Shown piece by piece: positions 35,032 to 43,863 of a stretch of DNA of 47,017 nucleotides. The number at the start of each line of letters is the position of its first letter. The stretch's first letter is position 1. Source of the stretch: Candidatus Aminicenantes bacterium (GTDB lineage: Bacteria; Acidobacteriota; Aminicenantia; Aminicenantales; Aminicenantaceae). A program made the position numbers and the translations under genes. The stretch is taken from NCBI GenBank assembly GCA_023133225.1, contig JAGLWV010000116.1, forward strand, positions 1-47,017, in the 5' to 3' direction. Under the pieces are notes generated by a model, which saw only the letters and a program-made list of their open reading frames with translations, was not told the DNA's origin and did not search any database.

Positions 35032-35889
35032 ATGAAAGTCATAAGCTTAGCTAAGGTCAGGGATACGATAAAAGACCTGGTTCAGAAAGCAAACTTCGAA
35101 CTCCAGGATGATGTCCTTGATGTCATCAAAGATATGGAGAAAAAGGAAGAATCTCCGGCAGGAAAAGAAGTCTTTAAACAAATTCTTGATAACGTAAAAA
35201 TTGCCAGAGATGAAAAATTAGGTCTTTGCCAGGATACTGGTCTTGCCGTGTTTTTTGTCGAACTCGGAGAGGATGTAGAACTTCAAAAAGATGGCGGTCT
35301 GGGCAGCCTGAGTGAAGCTATCACAGAGGGTACACGTGCCGGTTATGAGGAAGGATATCTCCGAAAATCCGTCGTCGAGGACCCCATCCGAAGAAAAAAC
35401 ACCGGCGATAACACACCTGCCTATATACACTGGGAACTTGTTCCAGGAGATACCTTTAAAGTAACGTTCATTGCTAAAGGCGGGGGAGCTGAAAATATGA
35501 GTGCTGTGCGGATGTTTGCACCGGCTGCTGGAATAGAGGGTGTTGAAAACTTTGTGGTCGAAACCGCAGACAAAGGAGGCTCCAATCCCTGCCCGCCAAT
35601 CATTGTCGGAGTTGGAGTCGGTGGAAACTTCGAGTATTCTGCTCTCCTGGCTAAAAAGGCCCTTTTGAGAAGGCCGCTTGGCTCTCACAACTCTGATCCT
35701 TTTTACGCAGACATGGAGAGAAGGCTACTCGAGAGGATTAATAATTTAGGGATAGGACCTCAGGGAATGGGTGGAAGAATCACGGCATTAGCCGTTCACG
35801 TTGAAGCATTTCCCTGTCACATCGCCTCCATGCCTGCTGCGGTAAACATCCAATGCCATTCCCATCGAGTCATGAACTTCGAACTATAA
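35032..35889 (+). CDS. Class I (Fe-S) fumarate/tartrate hydratase, alpha subunit
   Basis: 285-aa ORF with a GGAGG RBS. It has the LCQDTG motif, the GGG.ENMS motif (KGGGAENMS), and the PC.P...GVG.GG motif (NPCPPIIVGVGVGGN). No beta subunit lies adjacent. Confidence 0.9.
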   Translation: MKVISLAKVRDTIKDLVQKANFELQDDVLDVIKDMEKKEESPAGKEVFKQILDNVKIARDEKLGLCQDTGLAVFFVELGEDVELQKDGGLGSLSEAITEGTRAGYEEGYLRKSVVEDPIRRKNTGDNTPAYIHWELVPGDTFKVTFIAKGGGAENMSAVRMFAPAAGIEGVENFVVETADKGGSNPCPPIIVGVGVGGNFEYSALLAKKALLRRPLGSHNSDPFYADMERRLLERINNLGIGPQGMGGRITALAVHVEAFPCHIASMPAAVNIQCHSHRVMNFEL

Positions 35890-36021
35890 AGCTAAAGAAG
35901 ATAGAGGAGCTAGGCTGACAAGAAAAGGGAGAAACGCAAGGTTTTTTCTCAAGGCAATTGAAAGTCCTAAAGAAAACAATTCAAAAGGGCTCGCCGGAAC
36001 CCCTCGATGATGGAGGAATGA

Positions 36022-36258
36022 ATGCCATCAAAAGGTTATGTTGAAATTTCTGTTGAAAGCTGTAAAGGATGTAATTTTTGTGTGATCCACTGTCCCACCG
36101 AGTGTTTGGCGCTTAACACCTCTGATACAAATAGCTACGGCTTACACTACGCCTACCTGACTGATGAGGAGAAATGTATTGCCTGTCAAAACTGTGCAGT
36201 AATCTGTCCGGATGCGGCAATTACGGTCTATAAAAAGGCGAAGAAAAAGGCGGCTTAA
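36022..36258 (+). CDS. 2x[4Fe-4S] ferredoxin (delta subunit of 2-oxoacid:ferredoxin oxidoreductase)
   Basis: 78-aa ORF with two CxxCxxCxxxCP motifs (CKGCNFCVIHCP, CIACQNCAVICP). It lies immediately upstream of the OFOR alpha subunit. Confidence 0.85.
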   Translation: MPSKGYVEISVESCKGCNFCVIHCPTECLALNTSDTNSYGLHYAYLTDEEKCIACQNCAVICPDAAITVYKKAKKKAA

Positions 36259-36279
36259 CTTTCAATCAGGGAGGAAAAG

Positions 36280-37338
36280 TTGGGTGAAATAACATTTATG
36301 AAAGGTAACGAAGCCCTGGCAGAGGCAGCCATCCGCTCAGGCCTTCAGGGCTACTTCGGTTATCCGATAACTCCGCAGTCAGAGGTGATAGAATATCTGG
36401 CCCAGCAGAAGCCAAAACACAATTACGTTCTCATTCAGGCAGAGAGCGAACTGGCCGCCGTTAACATGCTCTACGGAGCAGCCGGGGCTGGAGGCCGTGT
36501 GATGACAACAACATCCTCCCCTGGGTTTTCATTGATGCAGGAAGGAATCTCCTACATCGCCTGTACTGAGCTTCCCTGTGTACTTGTTAACGTGGTACGG
36601 GGAGGCCCTGGGCTGGGAACCATTCAACCCAGCCAGGGCGACTATTTCCAGGCCACCAGAGGCGGCGGTCATGGAGATTACTATACACCAGTGCTGGGAC
36701 CGAACTCAGTCCAGGAAATGGTGGACCACGTTTATCTGGCCTTTGAGCTGGCCGACAAATACCTTACGCCGGTCGTGATTCTTTCCGACGGTGCCATCGG
36801 CCAGATGATGGAAAAGGTAATCCTGCCTGAACCCATACAATACAAACCCAATAAACCCTGGGCTACTACAGGGAAGACAGTCGACAGGGAAAGAAAAATA
36901 CTCACCTCCCTCTTTATTCAGTCCGAAGTTATGGAAAAAAGGAATTTAAAACTTCAGGAAAAATATAAAAAAATCAAAGAAAATGAAGTCCGCTTTGAAG
37001 AATATCAGATAGACGATGCTGAAATTATCGTTGTGGCTTACGGTCTATGTTCACGGATTTCAAAAAAGGTTGTTGAGTTTGGCCGGGAAGCCGGAATTAA
37101 AATGGGCCTTTTCAGGCCAATCACTCTATGGCCGTTCCCCTTGAAACAGCTAGAAGAAATTGCATCCAAGGATAGGGTCAAATTCTTTATTTCAATTGAA
37201 ATGAATGCCGGCCAGATGGTGGAAGATGTAAAGCTGGCTGTCCTGGGTAAAAAACCTGTTTATTTTTACGGCCGGCTTGGCGGTATTGTTCCGACTCCTG
37301 AGGAAACTTTTAATGCAATAAAAGAAAAACTGAACTAA
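36280..37338 (+). CDS. 2-oxoacid:ferredoxin oxidoreductase, alpha subunit
   Basis: 352-aa ORF with a TTG start 5 nt after AGGGAGG; the ATG at 36298 is an alternative. MKGNEALAEAAIRSG...GYPITPQSE is typical of KorA/PorA/VorA. Substrate specificity cannot be assigned. Confidence 0.9.
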   Translation: MGEITFMKGNEALAEAAIRSGLQGYFGYPITPQSEVIEYLAQQKPKHNYVLIQAESELAAVNMLYGAAGAGGRVMTTTSSPGFSLMQEGISYIACTELPCVLVNVVRGGPGLGTIQPSQGDYFQATRGGGHGDYYTPVLGPNSVQEMVDHVYLAFELADKYLTPVVILSDGAIGQMMEKVILPEPIQYKPNKPWATTGKTVDRERKILTSLFIQSEVMEKRNLKLQEKYKKIKENEVRFEEYQIDDAEIIVVAYGLCSRISKKVVEFGREAGIKMGLFRPITLWPFPLKQLEEIASKDRVKFFISIEMNAGQMVEDVKLAVLGKKPVYFYGRLGGIVPTPEETFNAIKEKLN

Positions 37339-37340
37339 TT

Positions 37341-37542
37341 AGGATTAAGGATTAAGCAAGAAGCTCATAGCTCATGGCTCATAGCTCATAGAAGGAGTAA
37401 GGATTAAGGATTAAGCAAGAAGCTCATAGCTCATGGCTCATAGCTCATAGAAGGATTTAGGAGTAAGGATTAAGGGAGAAGCTCATAGCTCATGGAAAAA
37501 AATGTCATTGAGAGGAATGCAGCAACGTGGCAATCTCACAAG
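37341..37542 (+). repeat. Composite intergenic repeat, copy C: 59-bp tandem repeat (about 2.6 units) plus terminal module
   Basis: Units start at 37341, 37400 and 37459 (aggattaaggattaagcaagaagctcatagctcatggctcatagctcatagaaggagta). Units 1 and 2 are identical except for the last 3 nt. Each unit is built from 7-nt periodic AAGGATT and AGCTCAT motifs. They are followed by aaaaaaatgtcattgagagg...ggcaatctca, the reverse complement of the copy B modules. Confidence 0.9.
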
Positions 37543-37587
37543 TTCAAAAATTAAAGATGAAAAACTTAGAAATAAAGGAGTAAGTCC

Positions 37588-38349
37588 ATGAAAGATGGAT
37601 ATAAGCTTATATATAAAAGGCCAAAAACTCTTCTCAGTACAAGGATGCACTATTGCCCGGGATGTTTTCATTCAACAATTCATAAATTTCTGATGGAAGT
37701 GATTGAGGAACTGGAAATTCAAGATAAAACAATCGGTGTTTGCCCGGTTGGATGTTCAGTGTTTGCTTATGACTACCTGGATATTGACATGCAGGAAGCC
37801 GCACACGGCCGCGCTGCTGCTGTGGCAACTGGAATTAAGCGGATCCTTCCTGACAGAATTGTATTTTCTTATCAGGGGGATGGCGACCTGGCAGCTATAG
37901 GCACAGCAGAAACACTGCACGCTTGCAACAGGGGCGAAAATTTTACTTTCATCTTCATCAATAACGGAATCTACGGTATGACCGGCGGCCAGATGGCCCC
38001 AACAACACTTGAGGGTCAAAAAACTACAACCTGTCCCTACGGCAGAGAAACAGCGGATTCCGGAATGCCCATGAAAATGGCAGAAATCATCTCTCAATTT
38101 GAAAAAGTGGCCTATGTTGAAAGGGTAAGCTGTGATACACCGGCAAATGCCAGGAAAGCCAAGCGAGCAATCAAAAAAGCCATCGAATTCCAGATGCAAG
38201 GCCTGGGAACCACATTTATCGAAGTGGCTTCCAACTGTCCTTCCGGATGGAAATGTACTCCAGAAGAATCTTTAAAATGGCTGGAAGAGCAAGTCTTCCC
38301 GTATTTTCCCCTCGGTGTTTTTAAAGAACCTGCCAAGAGGAGGCAGTGA
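37588..38349 (+). CDS. 2-oxoacid:ferredoxin oxidoreductase, beta (TPP-binding) subunit
   Basis: 253-aa ORF with an AAGGAG RBS. It has CPGC near the N-terminus and the TPP motif GDGD...NN.IYGMTGGQ. Confidence 0.9.
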   Translation: MKDGYKLIYKRPKTLLSTRMHYCPGCFHSTIHKFLMEVIEELEIQDKTIGVCPVGCSVFAYDYLDIDMQEAAHGRAAAVATGIKRILPDRIVFSYQGDGDLAAIGTAETLHACNRGENFTFIFINNGIYGMTGGQMAPTTLEGQKTTTCPYGRETADSGMPMKMAEIISQFEKVAYVERVSCDTPANARKAKRAIKKAIEFQMQGLGTTFIEVASNCPSGWKCTPEESLKWLEEQVFPYFPLGVFKEPAKRRQ

Positions 38350-38350
38350 A

Positions 38351-38887
38351 ATGTTACTGGAAATGATCTTTGCAGGTTTCGGCGGACAGGGTGTACTTTC
38401 AATGGGAACACTGCTCGCCTACGCAGCCATGAAGGAAGGAAAAGAGATAAGCTGGATGCCCTCTTACGGCCCAGAAATGAGAGGCGGCACAGCAAACTGC
38501 ATAGTTAACATCAGTGATCAAATGATCTCTTCTCCTATTGTCAGCAAATACGATGTGGCTGTGGCACTCAATCAACCTAGTCTTAAAAAATTTGAACCCA
38601 GGGTGAAAAAGGGCGGCATTCTCATCTGGGAAAGCAGCACCATAAAAGAACCTCCAACAAGAACAGATATAAATGTTTATGCAATTCCGGCAATTGAAAA
38701 AGCCATCAACGAACTTAAAAATATCAAAGTGATGAACATGCTTCTGCTCGGTGCCTTGGTCAAAATTAATAAGATTGTGAAGATAGAATCACTGCTCCTT
38801 GCATTAAAGGAAACCCTTCCCGAACGTCATCACCACCTTATCCCCTTGAATAAAAAAGCTATCGAGATGGGAATGAAGCTTGTTTAA
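38351..38887 (+). CDS. 2-oxoacid:ferredoxin oxidoreductase, gamma subunit
   Basis: The ORF is open from 38315. The ATG at 38351 is preceded by AGGAGG and gives the typical N-terminus (MLLEMIFAGFGGQGVL). SYGPEMRGG is the gamma-subunit signature. Confidence 0.9.
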   Translation: MLLEMIFAGFGGQGVLSMGTLLAYAAMKEGKEISWMPSYGPEMRGGTANCIVNISDQMISSPIVSKYDVAVALNQPSLKKFEPRVKKGGILIWESSTIKEPPTRTDINVYAIPAIEKAINELKNIKVMNMLLLGALVKINKIVKIESLLLALKETLPERHHHLIPLNKKAIEMGMKLV

Positions 38888-38919
38888 CCTGAATTATTTA
38901 TAAAAACTGCCGACACCTT
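38888..38919. repeat. 32-nt short dispersed repeat (second copy of 11151-11182)
   Basis: It matches 11151-11182 at 28/32 positions. It starts immediately after the stop of the OFOR gamma gene, in the convergent gap with fabH. Confidence 0.7.
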
Positions 38920-38931
38920 GCTACGATGCTG

Positions 38932-39927
38932 TTACCATCTATAAACAACGGCTGCCCAGGTAAAGCCTGCTCCAAAGGCATCCAGCACAAGAACATCTCC
39001 TTTTTTGAGCTTGTCTGCCTTGTGCAGCTCATCGAGACATATGGGGATAGTAGCCACAGAGGTATTGCCGTACTTATGGATGTTTGAATAGACTTTTTCC
39101 CGGGGAATTTTTAAGCGTCTTCCTGTCGCTTCAATAATTCTTATATTCGCCTGGTGCGGAATTAAATAATCCACATCTTCCCGTTTTAAACCTGCTGATT
39201 TCAGGGCTTCTAAAGCCGCCTCTCCCATGCACTTCACGGCATGCTTGAAGACCTCGTTGCCTTTCATCTGAAGATAATGAAGGTCCTGGGCTATAGATTG
39301 GACACTAGCGGGAATCCTTGAACCTCCGCCAGGTTGGGAAAGGAGGTTTCCCAGATTTCCGTCAGCTCTCCAGTAATAAGAAAGTATTCCTGAATCATCA
39401 TCGCTTTCTTCGAGAACTACGGCTCCGGCTGCATCTCCAAAAAGGACACAGGTATTACGATCCTTCCAGTTTGTGACCTTGGTCAGGATTTCTCCTCCTA
39501 TCAGAAGAATGCGCTTGTTTATTCCGCTTAAAATCATACCCTCTGCCAGAATCAGTCCATACAGAAAACCCGTACAGCCGACGGAGATATCAAAAGCAGG
39601 AATGTGGTCAGCTCTAAGACCTTTCTGGACCCAGCAAGCCGTGGAAGGAAAAATCGTATCAGGAGTGGAAGTTGCGACGATGATAAGGTCGATATCCTTA
39701 ACCTTAAGGCCAGCGTTCTTCAGAGCCCTCTTGCCAGCCTCAACCGCCAAATCAGAAGTCGCCTGGTCTTCGGATGCAATCCTTCTCTCTCTGATGCCTG
39801 TCCGTGTAAAAATCCATTCATCAGTGGTATCGACCATTTTTTCAAGATCAAAATTTGTCAAGATTTTATCTGGAGCATAAAATCCAGTGCCTGTGATCTT
39901 AATTTTTCGTTTCTTTTGGCTTTCCAT
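38932..39927 (-). CDS. fabH: Beta-ketoacyl-ACP synthase III
   Basis: The ORF is open from a TTG at 39939; I prefer the ATG at 39927. It has the active-site Cys context (GCTGFLYGL), His (PHQANIRI) and Asn (YGNTSVATIP). Confidence 0.9.
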   Translation of the reverse strand: MESQKKRKIKITGTGFYAPDKILTNFDLEKMVDTTDEWIFTRTGIRERRIASEDQATSDLAVEAGKRALKNAGLKVKDIDLIIVATSTPDTIFPSTACWVQKGLRADHIPAFDISVGCTGFLYGLILAEGMILSGINKRILLIGGEILTKVTNWKDRNTCVLFGDAAGAVVLEESDDDSGILSYYWRADGNLGNLLSQPGGGSRIPASVQSIAQDLHYLQMKGNEVFKHAVKCMGEAALEALKSAGLKREDVDYLIPHQANIRIIEATGRRLKIPREKVYSNIHKYGNTSVATIPICLDELHKADKLKKGDVLVLDAFGAGFTWAAVVYRW

Positions 39928-40015
39928 GGGTTTCTGCAAAAAAGATTACATCTATAGCATACTTATTTTCAATTTGCAATCAAATAAAAAGGCAGTTAAA
40001 ATCTAGAATTCAGAG

Positions 40016-41266
40016 ATGAGAAATCATAGATTTTTGTTTTCTTTTTTGCTTGTTCTCTCAATCCATATTTTTTTTCCAGGGACTTCCTGGCCTCAAATGA
40101 CACTGGGGCAGTATGAGGACGAAGCGCCTTTCAGAACCTGGAATTCTTTCGGCATCGCAACGGCTTCCTCTCTCGCATTGGGGGAGACTCAGTTTACAAT
40201 AGCGGCTGATTGTTCCGTGGCGCTTTCAAATCCTGCTCTCCTGAGCCACCTTCCCCGAATCACTTTTACTCTCAGCTCCTCTCTGAACTCTGCTTCATTC
40301 TATAAATATTCTATCGTGAACACAGGAGTTCTTTTTACGGGCGAAAACCTTTCTTCAGAACTGTTTGGATTGGATTTCGCCGGCGCTTCATTCAGAGTGA
40401 AAAACTGGACCCTGGCCTTAAGTATGGCCCTTGTTGAAAGTTACCACCGTCCTAAAGCTGGCTATAGTTCCACATACGGAGGCTATCTTTACGAGTCAAT
40501 ATATTTTGAGCAAGAAGGTGTACTCAAAAACATTAATTTCTCCATAGCCCGAGAGATCTTCAACGGCCTCTCTGCAGGCTTCGGCTTAAATTATGTATAT
40601 GGCCGTTTCGAAAAAACTGTAACAGATATTGATCATGCTTATAATATTACGATTACCGACATCCTATCCCATGAATTCAAAGGGTTCTTCCTCAACGGAG
40701 GCCTTCTTTGGAATTTAACAGAAAAAATCGCGATCGCTGCCGTATTCAGAACGCCCTTCGTGAAAAAATCAGACGGCAAAAGTCTAAAAAGAACCTATCT
40801 CCCTGATACAGACACCGATATTAAAATTGAGGTCTCCGGCCGCTCTGAGTATAAACAGCCCCTTGTGGTTGGTTTGGGAGTCAGCTACCAAATCTCACCA
40901 GAGCTTAAAGTCTCTTCTGATCTTATTTTTTATAACTGGTCAAAATACAGCATCATTTATTTTGGACAGGAAAATGAGCTCCCGAGGAATTTCAAAGACA
41001 CCATAAAGATTGGAGCAGGGATTGAGCAGATGGTCTCTGTCGATATCTTTGGTCAAAAAATCAGTATTCCTCTAAGAGCGGGTTTGAGCTATGATCCACA
41101 GCCGATGAAGAAGCCGGGCTCATCTTATTTTTACTATTCCCTCGGCACTGGATTTCACTGGGAGAAATTTCATCTTGATGCAGGATTACTTTTTGGTCAG
41201 GAGAAAGGTTCTGGAGACTCCCTCTCGGGACGAAAAGCTGTCCTATCCCTAACCCTTGAGTTATAG
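40016..41266 (+). CDS. Putative outer-membrane beta-barrel protein (family not recognised)
   Basis: 416-aa ORF with a signal peptide (FLFSFLLVLSIHIFFPGTSWPQ). It has alternating-hydrophobic beta-strand segments with aromatic girdle residues throughout. Confidence 0.45.
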   Translation: MRNHRFLFSFLLVLSIHIFFPGTSWPQMTLGQYEDEAPFRTWNSFGIATASSLALGETQFTIAADCSVALSNPALLSHLPRITFTLSSSLNSASFYKYSIVNTGVLFTGENLSSELFGLDFAGASFRVKNWTLALSMALVESYHRPKAGYSSTYGGYLYESIYFEQEGVLKNINFSIAREIFNGLSAGFGLNYVYGRFEKTVTDIDHAYNITITDILSHEFKGFFLNGGLLWNLTEKIAIAAVFRTPFVKKSDGKSLKRTYLPDTDTDIKIEVSGRSEYKQPLVVGLGVSYQISPELKVSSDLIFYNWSKYSIIYFGQENELPRNFKDTIKIGAGIEQMVSVDIFGQKISIPLRAGLSYDPQPMKKPGSSYFYYSLGTGFHWEKFHLDAGLLFGQEKGSGDSLSGRKAVLSLTLEL

Positions 41267-41274
41267 GTGTTTTC

Positions 41275-42699
41275 ATGACAAAAAAAATTATTTTTCTTAT
41301 TGTGACCCTTAGCCTTGTGCTTATTCCTCTAAAAGCACAGGATTACCTAATTAAGGAAATTATTAGTATCGAAAAAAATCGTAAAAATATAAAAAAACTC
41401 CAGGAGATGAGCCTTGATTTTCTGATGGAACGCAATAACAGGATTTATGTCATAGTCGGTACTAACGATTTCCTTAAGCTGTACGAGGAAAATATTCCAT
41501 ACATCCTGGAGACTTACAATTTTTATCCTTTCAAACAGAATAAGCTCTCCCTCCAGGGAGGAGTGAATGGCGCTTTTCATTCTTATAGAGAGGTAGAGAA
41601 AGAATTACTGAACCTTGAGAACACCTACCCTGAAATCGCCAGTGTTTTAAAGATCGGTGAAAGCTTGGAGGGAAGAAATATTTATGCCCTCAAAATAAGC
41701 GACCATGTCCATCTGGATGAGAACGAAGCCGAAGTGCTCTTCATCGGATGCCACCATGCACGCGAATGGATTTCGGTCGAAGTGCCCTTAATGCTGGGAA
41801 AATACCTGGCTGAAAACTACGGAAATAATTCCGAGGTCAAAGACATTGTCGATCAAAGCGAAATATGGATCATCCCCCTTTTAAATCCAGATGGTTTAGA
41901 TTATTCCATCCATTTTTATCGCTACTGGCGGAAAAACAGACGTGATAACGGAGATGGAACATATGGAGTCGACCTCAACAGGAATTACGGATACAAGTGG
42001 GGATACGACAACAGTGGGTCGAGCCCAAACACAGCCTCCAATGTCTTCAGGGGCATGTCTGCCTTTTCCGAGCCGGAATCGCAGGCCATAAGAGACTTTT
42101 ATGCAAGCAGGAATTTTCAAGCCATGATCACCTATCATAACTATTCCCAGCTTATCCTGTATCCATGGGGATATACAGAGGAACTCACAGAGCAAAATGA
42201 CCTTCTCAGTCAGATTGCGTCAGACATGTCTGGGCTAATAGAATCAGTAAACGGGAGAATCTACGTGGATGAGCCTGCAAGTTCACTGTATCTTACCAAC
42301 GGTGATACCACAGACTGGAGTTTTGGCGTCTACGGCATTCCTTCTTTTACTATAGAGCTCCCGCCCGAAGGCTGGGAGTACGGGGGCTTCTTCAATGCAG
42401 AGGAGGATATTCAGCCGATCTTCAATGAGAATCTTCCAGCAGCGCTCTATCTTATCGATTGGTCTGTTCAAAATTTCGGGTCTTCACTAGGAATCCCTGA
42501 AAAGAGAAGAATGATACCCGAAAAAAGGATTACAAAGCCAAACATTCGGAAAGAGCAGCTCAAACAAGATAGGCGAAATACACGAGATTCACATCATAAA
42601 CCTGTAAAGAGAGAAAAAATAAAGGATTCAAAGGTGAAATACAATCCTCCAGCGCAAGGTTCAAAGTCCAAGGCCAAAAATCGCAAGGGAATAAAATAA
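41275..42699 (+). CDS. Secreted M14-family zinc carboxypeptidase with a basic C-terminal tail
   Basis: 474-aa ORF with a signal peptide. It has the zinc motif HHAREW (HxxE), NPDG, DLNRNY and a later H ligand (ITYHNY). The C-terminal ~80 aa are Lys/Arg-rich and low complexity. Confidence 0.85.
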   Translation: MTKKIIFLIVTLSLVLIPLKAQDYLIKEIISIEKNRKNIKKLQEMSLDFLMERNNRIYVIVGTNDFLKLYEENIPYILETYNFYPFKQNKLSLQGGVNGAFHSYREVEKELLNLENTYPEIASVLKIGESLEGRNIYALKISDHVHLDENEAEVLFIGCHHAREWISVEVPLMLGKYLAENYGNNSEVKDIVDQSEIWIIPLLNPDGLDYSIHFYRYWRKNRRDNGDGTYGVDLNRNYGYKWGYDNSGSSPNTASNVFRGMSAFSEPESQAIRDFYASRNFQAMITYHNYSQLILYPWGYTEELTEQNDLLSQIASDMSGLIESVNGRIYVDEPASSLYLTNGDTTDWSFGVYGIPSFTIELPPEGWEYGGFFNAEEDIQPIFNENLPAALYLIDWSVQNFGSSLGIPEKRRMIPEKRITKPNIRKEQLKQDRRNTRDSHHKPVKREKIKDSKVKYNPPAQGSKSKAKNRKGIK

Positions 42700-42700
42700 A

Positions 42701-42729
42701 TTGACAAAGCGCATCTAAATGCTTATTAA
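42701..42729 (+). promoter_or_regulatory. Possible sigma70-type promoter for the coiled-coil protein gene
   Basis: TTGACA-N17-TATTAA, located 42 nt upstream of the ATG at 42771. Confidence 0.35.
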
Positions 42730-42770
42730 TAAAGGATAATATAAACCCTATTTAAGAGATAATATATACA

Positions 42771-43811
42771 ATGATAGCTTCCATCTTAAGTATTTTGTCT
42801 TTGCAGGAAACTTCTCCTATTCCAAAAGAAGGAGCTCCTTACTGGATCCTTTGGTTTTTCCTCTGCATAATTATTCTGCTAATCACTTTCATATTCTTAA
42901 GGGACAAATCCTTGAGGCAGCGAGTAAATCTATTTCTTTCCAAAGCAAAAAGAAGATTGGTAAAAACCCATCTCCAGACGAAGATCAGAAAGGAAAATCG
43001 TAAAAAAGACGAGCTCATAATGGAGCTGGGGATAAAAACCTGGAAAGAAGGCATTCGAAATGAAAAAAGTGAAAAAATAGACAAAAAACTCGAAACTCTA
43101 GATGAAAGCAGGAACAAATCCCAGAAAGAATTGGAAGAAATTCATTCTAAAATAAAGAAGCTTGACAATCAACTCACAGAAAGCGACGAGAAGAATGATG
43201 ATCTTATTGAAAAACAGGAGGGAGATAAAAAACCTTTCCAGGAAAAACTGGATGAAACAAAAGAAAAGGAAAGGCTTATAGAACTTCACCTTATCCAAAA
43301 GCAAAAAGAAATCGAGGGCGAGGAAAAAGACTTGAGTGCTGCAGAAAAGGAAGTCAAAGATCTAGAATTAAGCTCAAATCTTTCTGAAGAAGAGAAGAAA
43401 AGCAAAATAAATGAGGTCAAAGAAAAAATAAAAAAACTGGAAACGAGCAGAGAAAAGATTCAAAAAGAGCTTGAAGAACTCAGGAAAGAAAAACCGGAAT
43501 TGGAAAAAGAGATCAAAAACCTTCAAAGAAAAGTAAATGATTATGAAAGAACAATAAAGAAAATAAAAAAAGAGAAAAAAGAGAAAAGAGGAATAATCCT
43601 CAAGGAAATCAAGGAGTTGAGAAAAGACGACAGCACAGTCCAAAAAAAGATAAAAGAGACTGAAAAACAAAAAGAACCGCTCTTTGAAGACCTGGGTAAA
43701 GTCATTGACGAATTTAGGGTTGAAAGCAAAGAACTTACTCCTCTTTATTCTCAAATAGACAAGATAAATAGGCGCGTTCAAGATATCGAAAAACAGATAC
43801 AAAATATATAA
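42771..43811 (+). CDS. Membrane-anchored Lys/Glu-rich coiled-coil protein, function unknown
   Basis: 346-aa ORF with one N-terminal TM helix (YWILWFFLCIIILLITFIFL), followed by about 290 aa of heptad-like K/E-rich sequence. Confidence 0.6.
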   Translation: MIASILSILSLQETSPIPKEGAPYWILWFFLCIIILLITFIFLRDKSLRQRVNLFLSKAKRRLVKTHLQTKIRKENRKKDELIMELGIKTWKEGIRNEKSEKIDKKLETLDESRNKSQKELEEIHSKIKKLDNQLTESDEKNDDLIEKQEGDKKPFQEKLDETKEKERLIELHLIQKQKEIEGEEKDLSAAEKEVKDLELSSNLSEEEKKSKINEVKEKIKKLETSREKIQKELEELRKEKPELEKEIKNLQRKVNDYERTIKKIKKEKKEKRGIILKEIKELRKDDSTVQKKIKETEKQKEPLFEDLGKVIDEFRVESKELTPLYSQIDKINRRVQDIEKQIQNI

Positions 43812-43863
43812 ATAACAAACAAATCTTATTTACTCCCCACACCTTCCCGTTTACAATATAACT

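Noticed and set aside
37341-37495. Regular 59-bp repeats that could be mistaken for a CRISPR array
   Set aside because: The units are directly contiguous with no unique spacers. They have an internal 7-nt periodicity, no cas genes are in the window, and related copies occur singly and inverted elsewhere. This is a tandem or dispersed repeat, not a CRISPR array.
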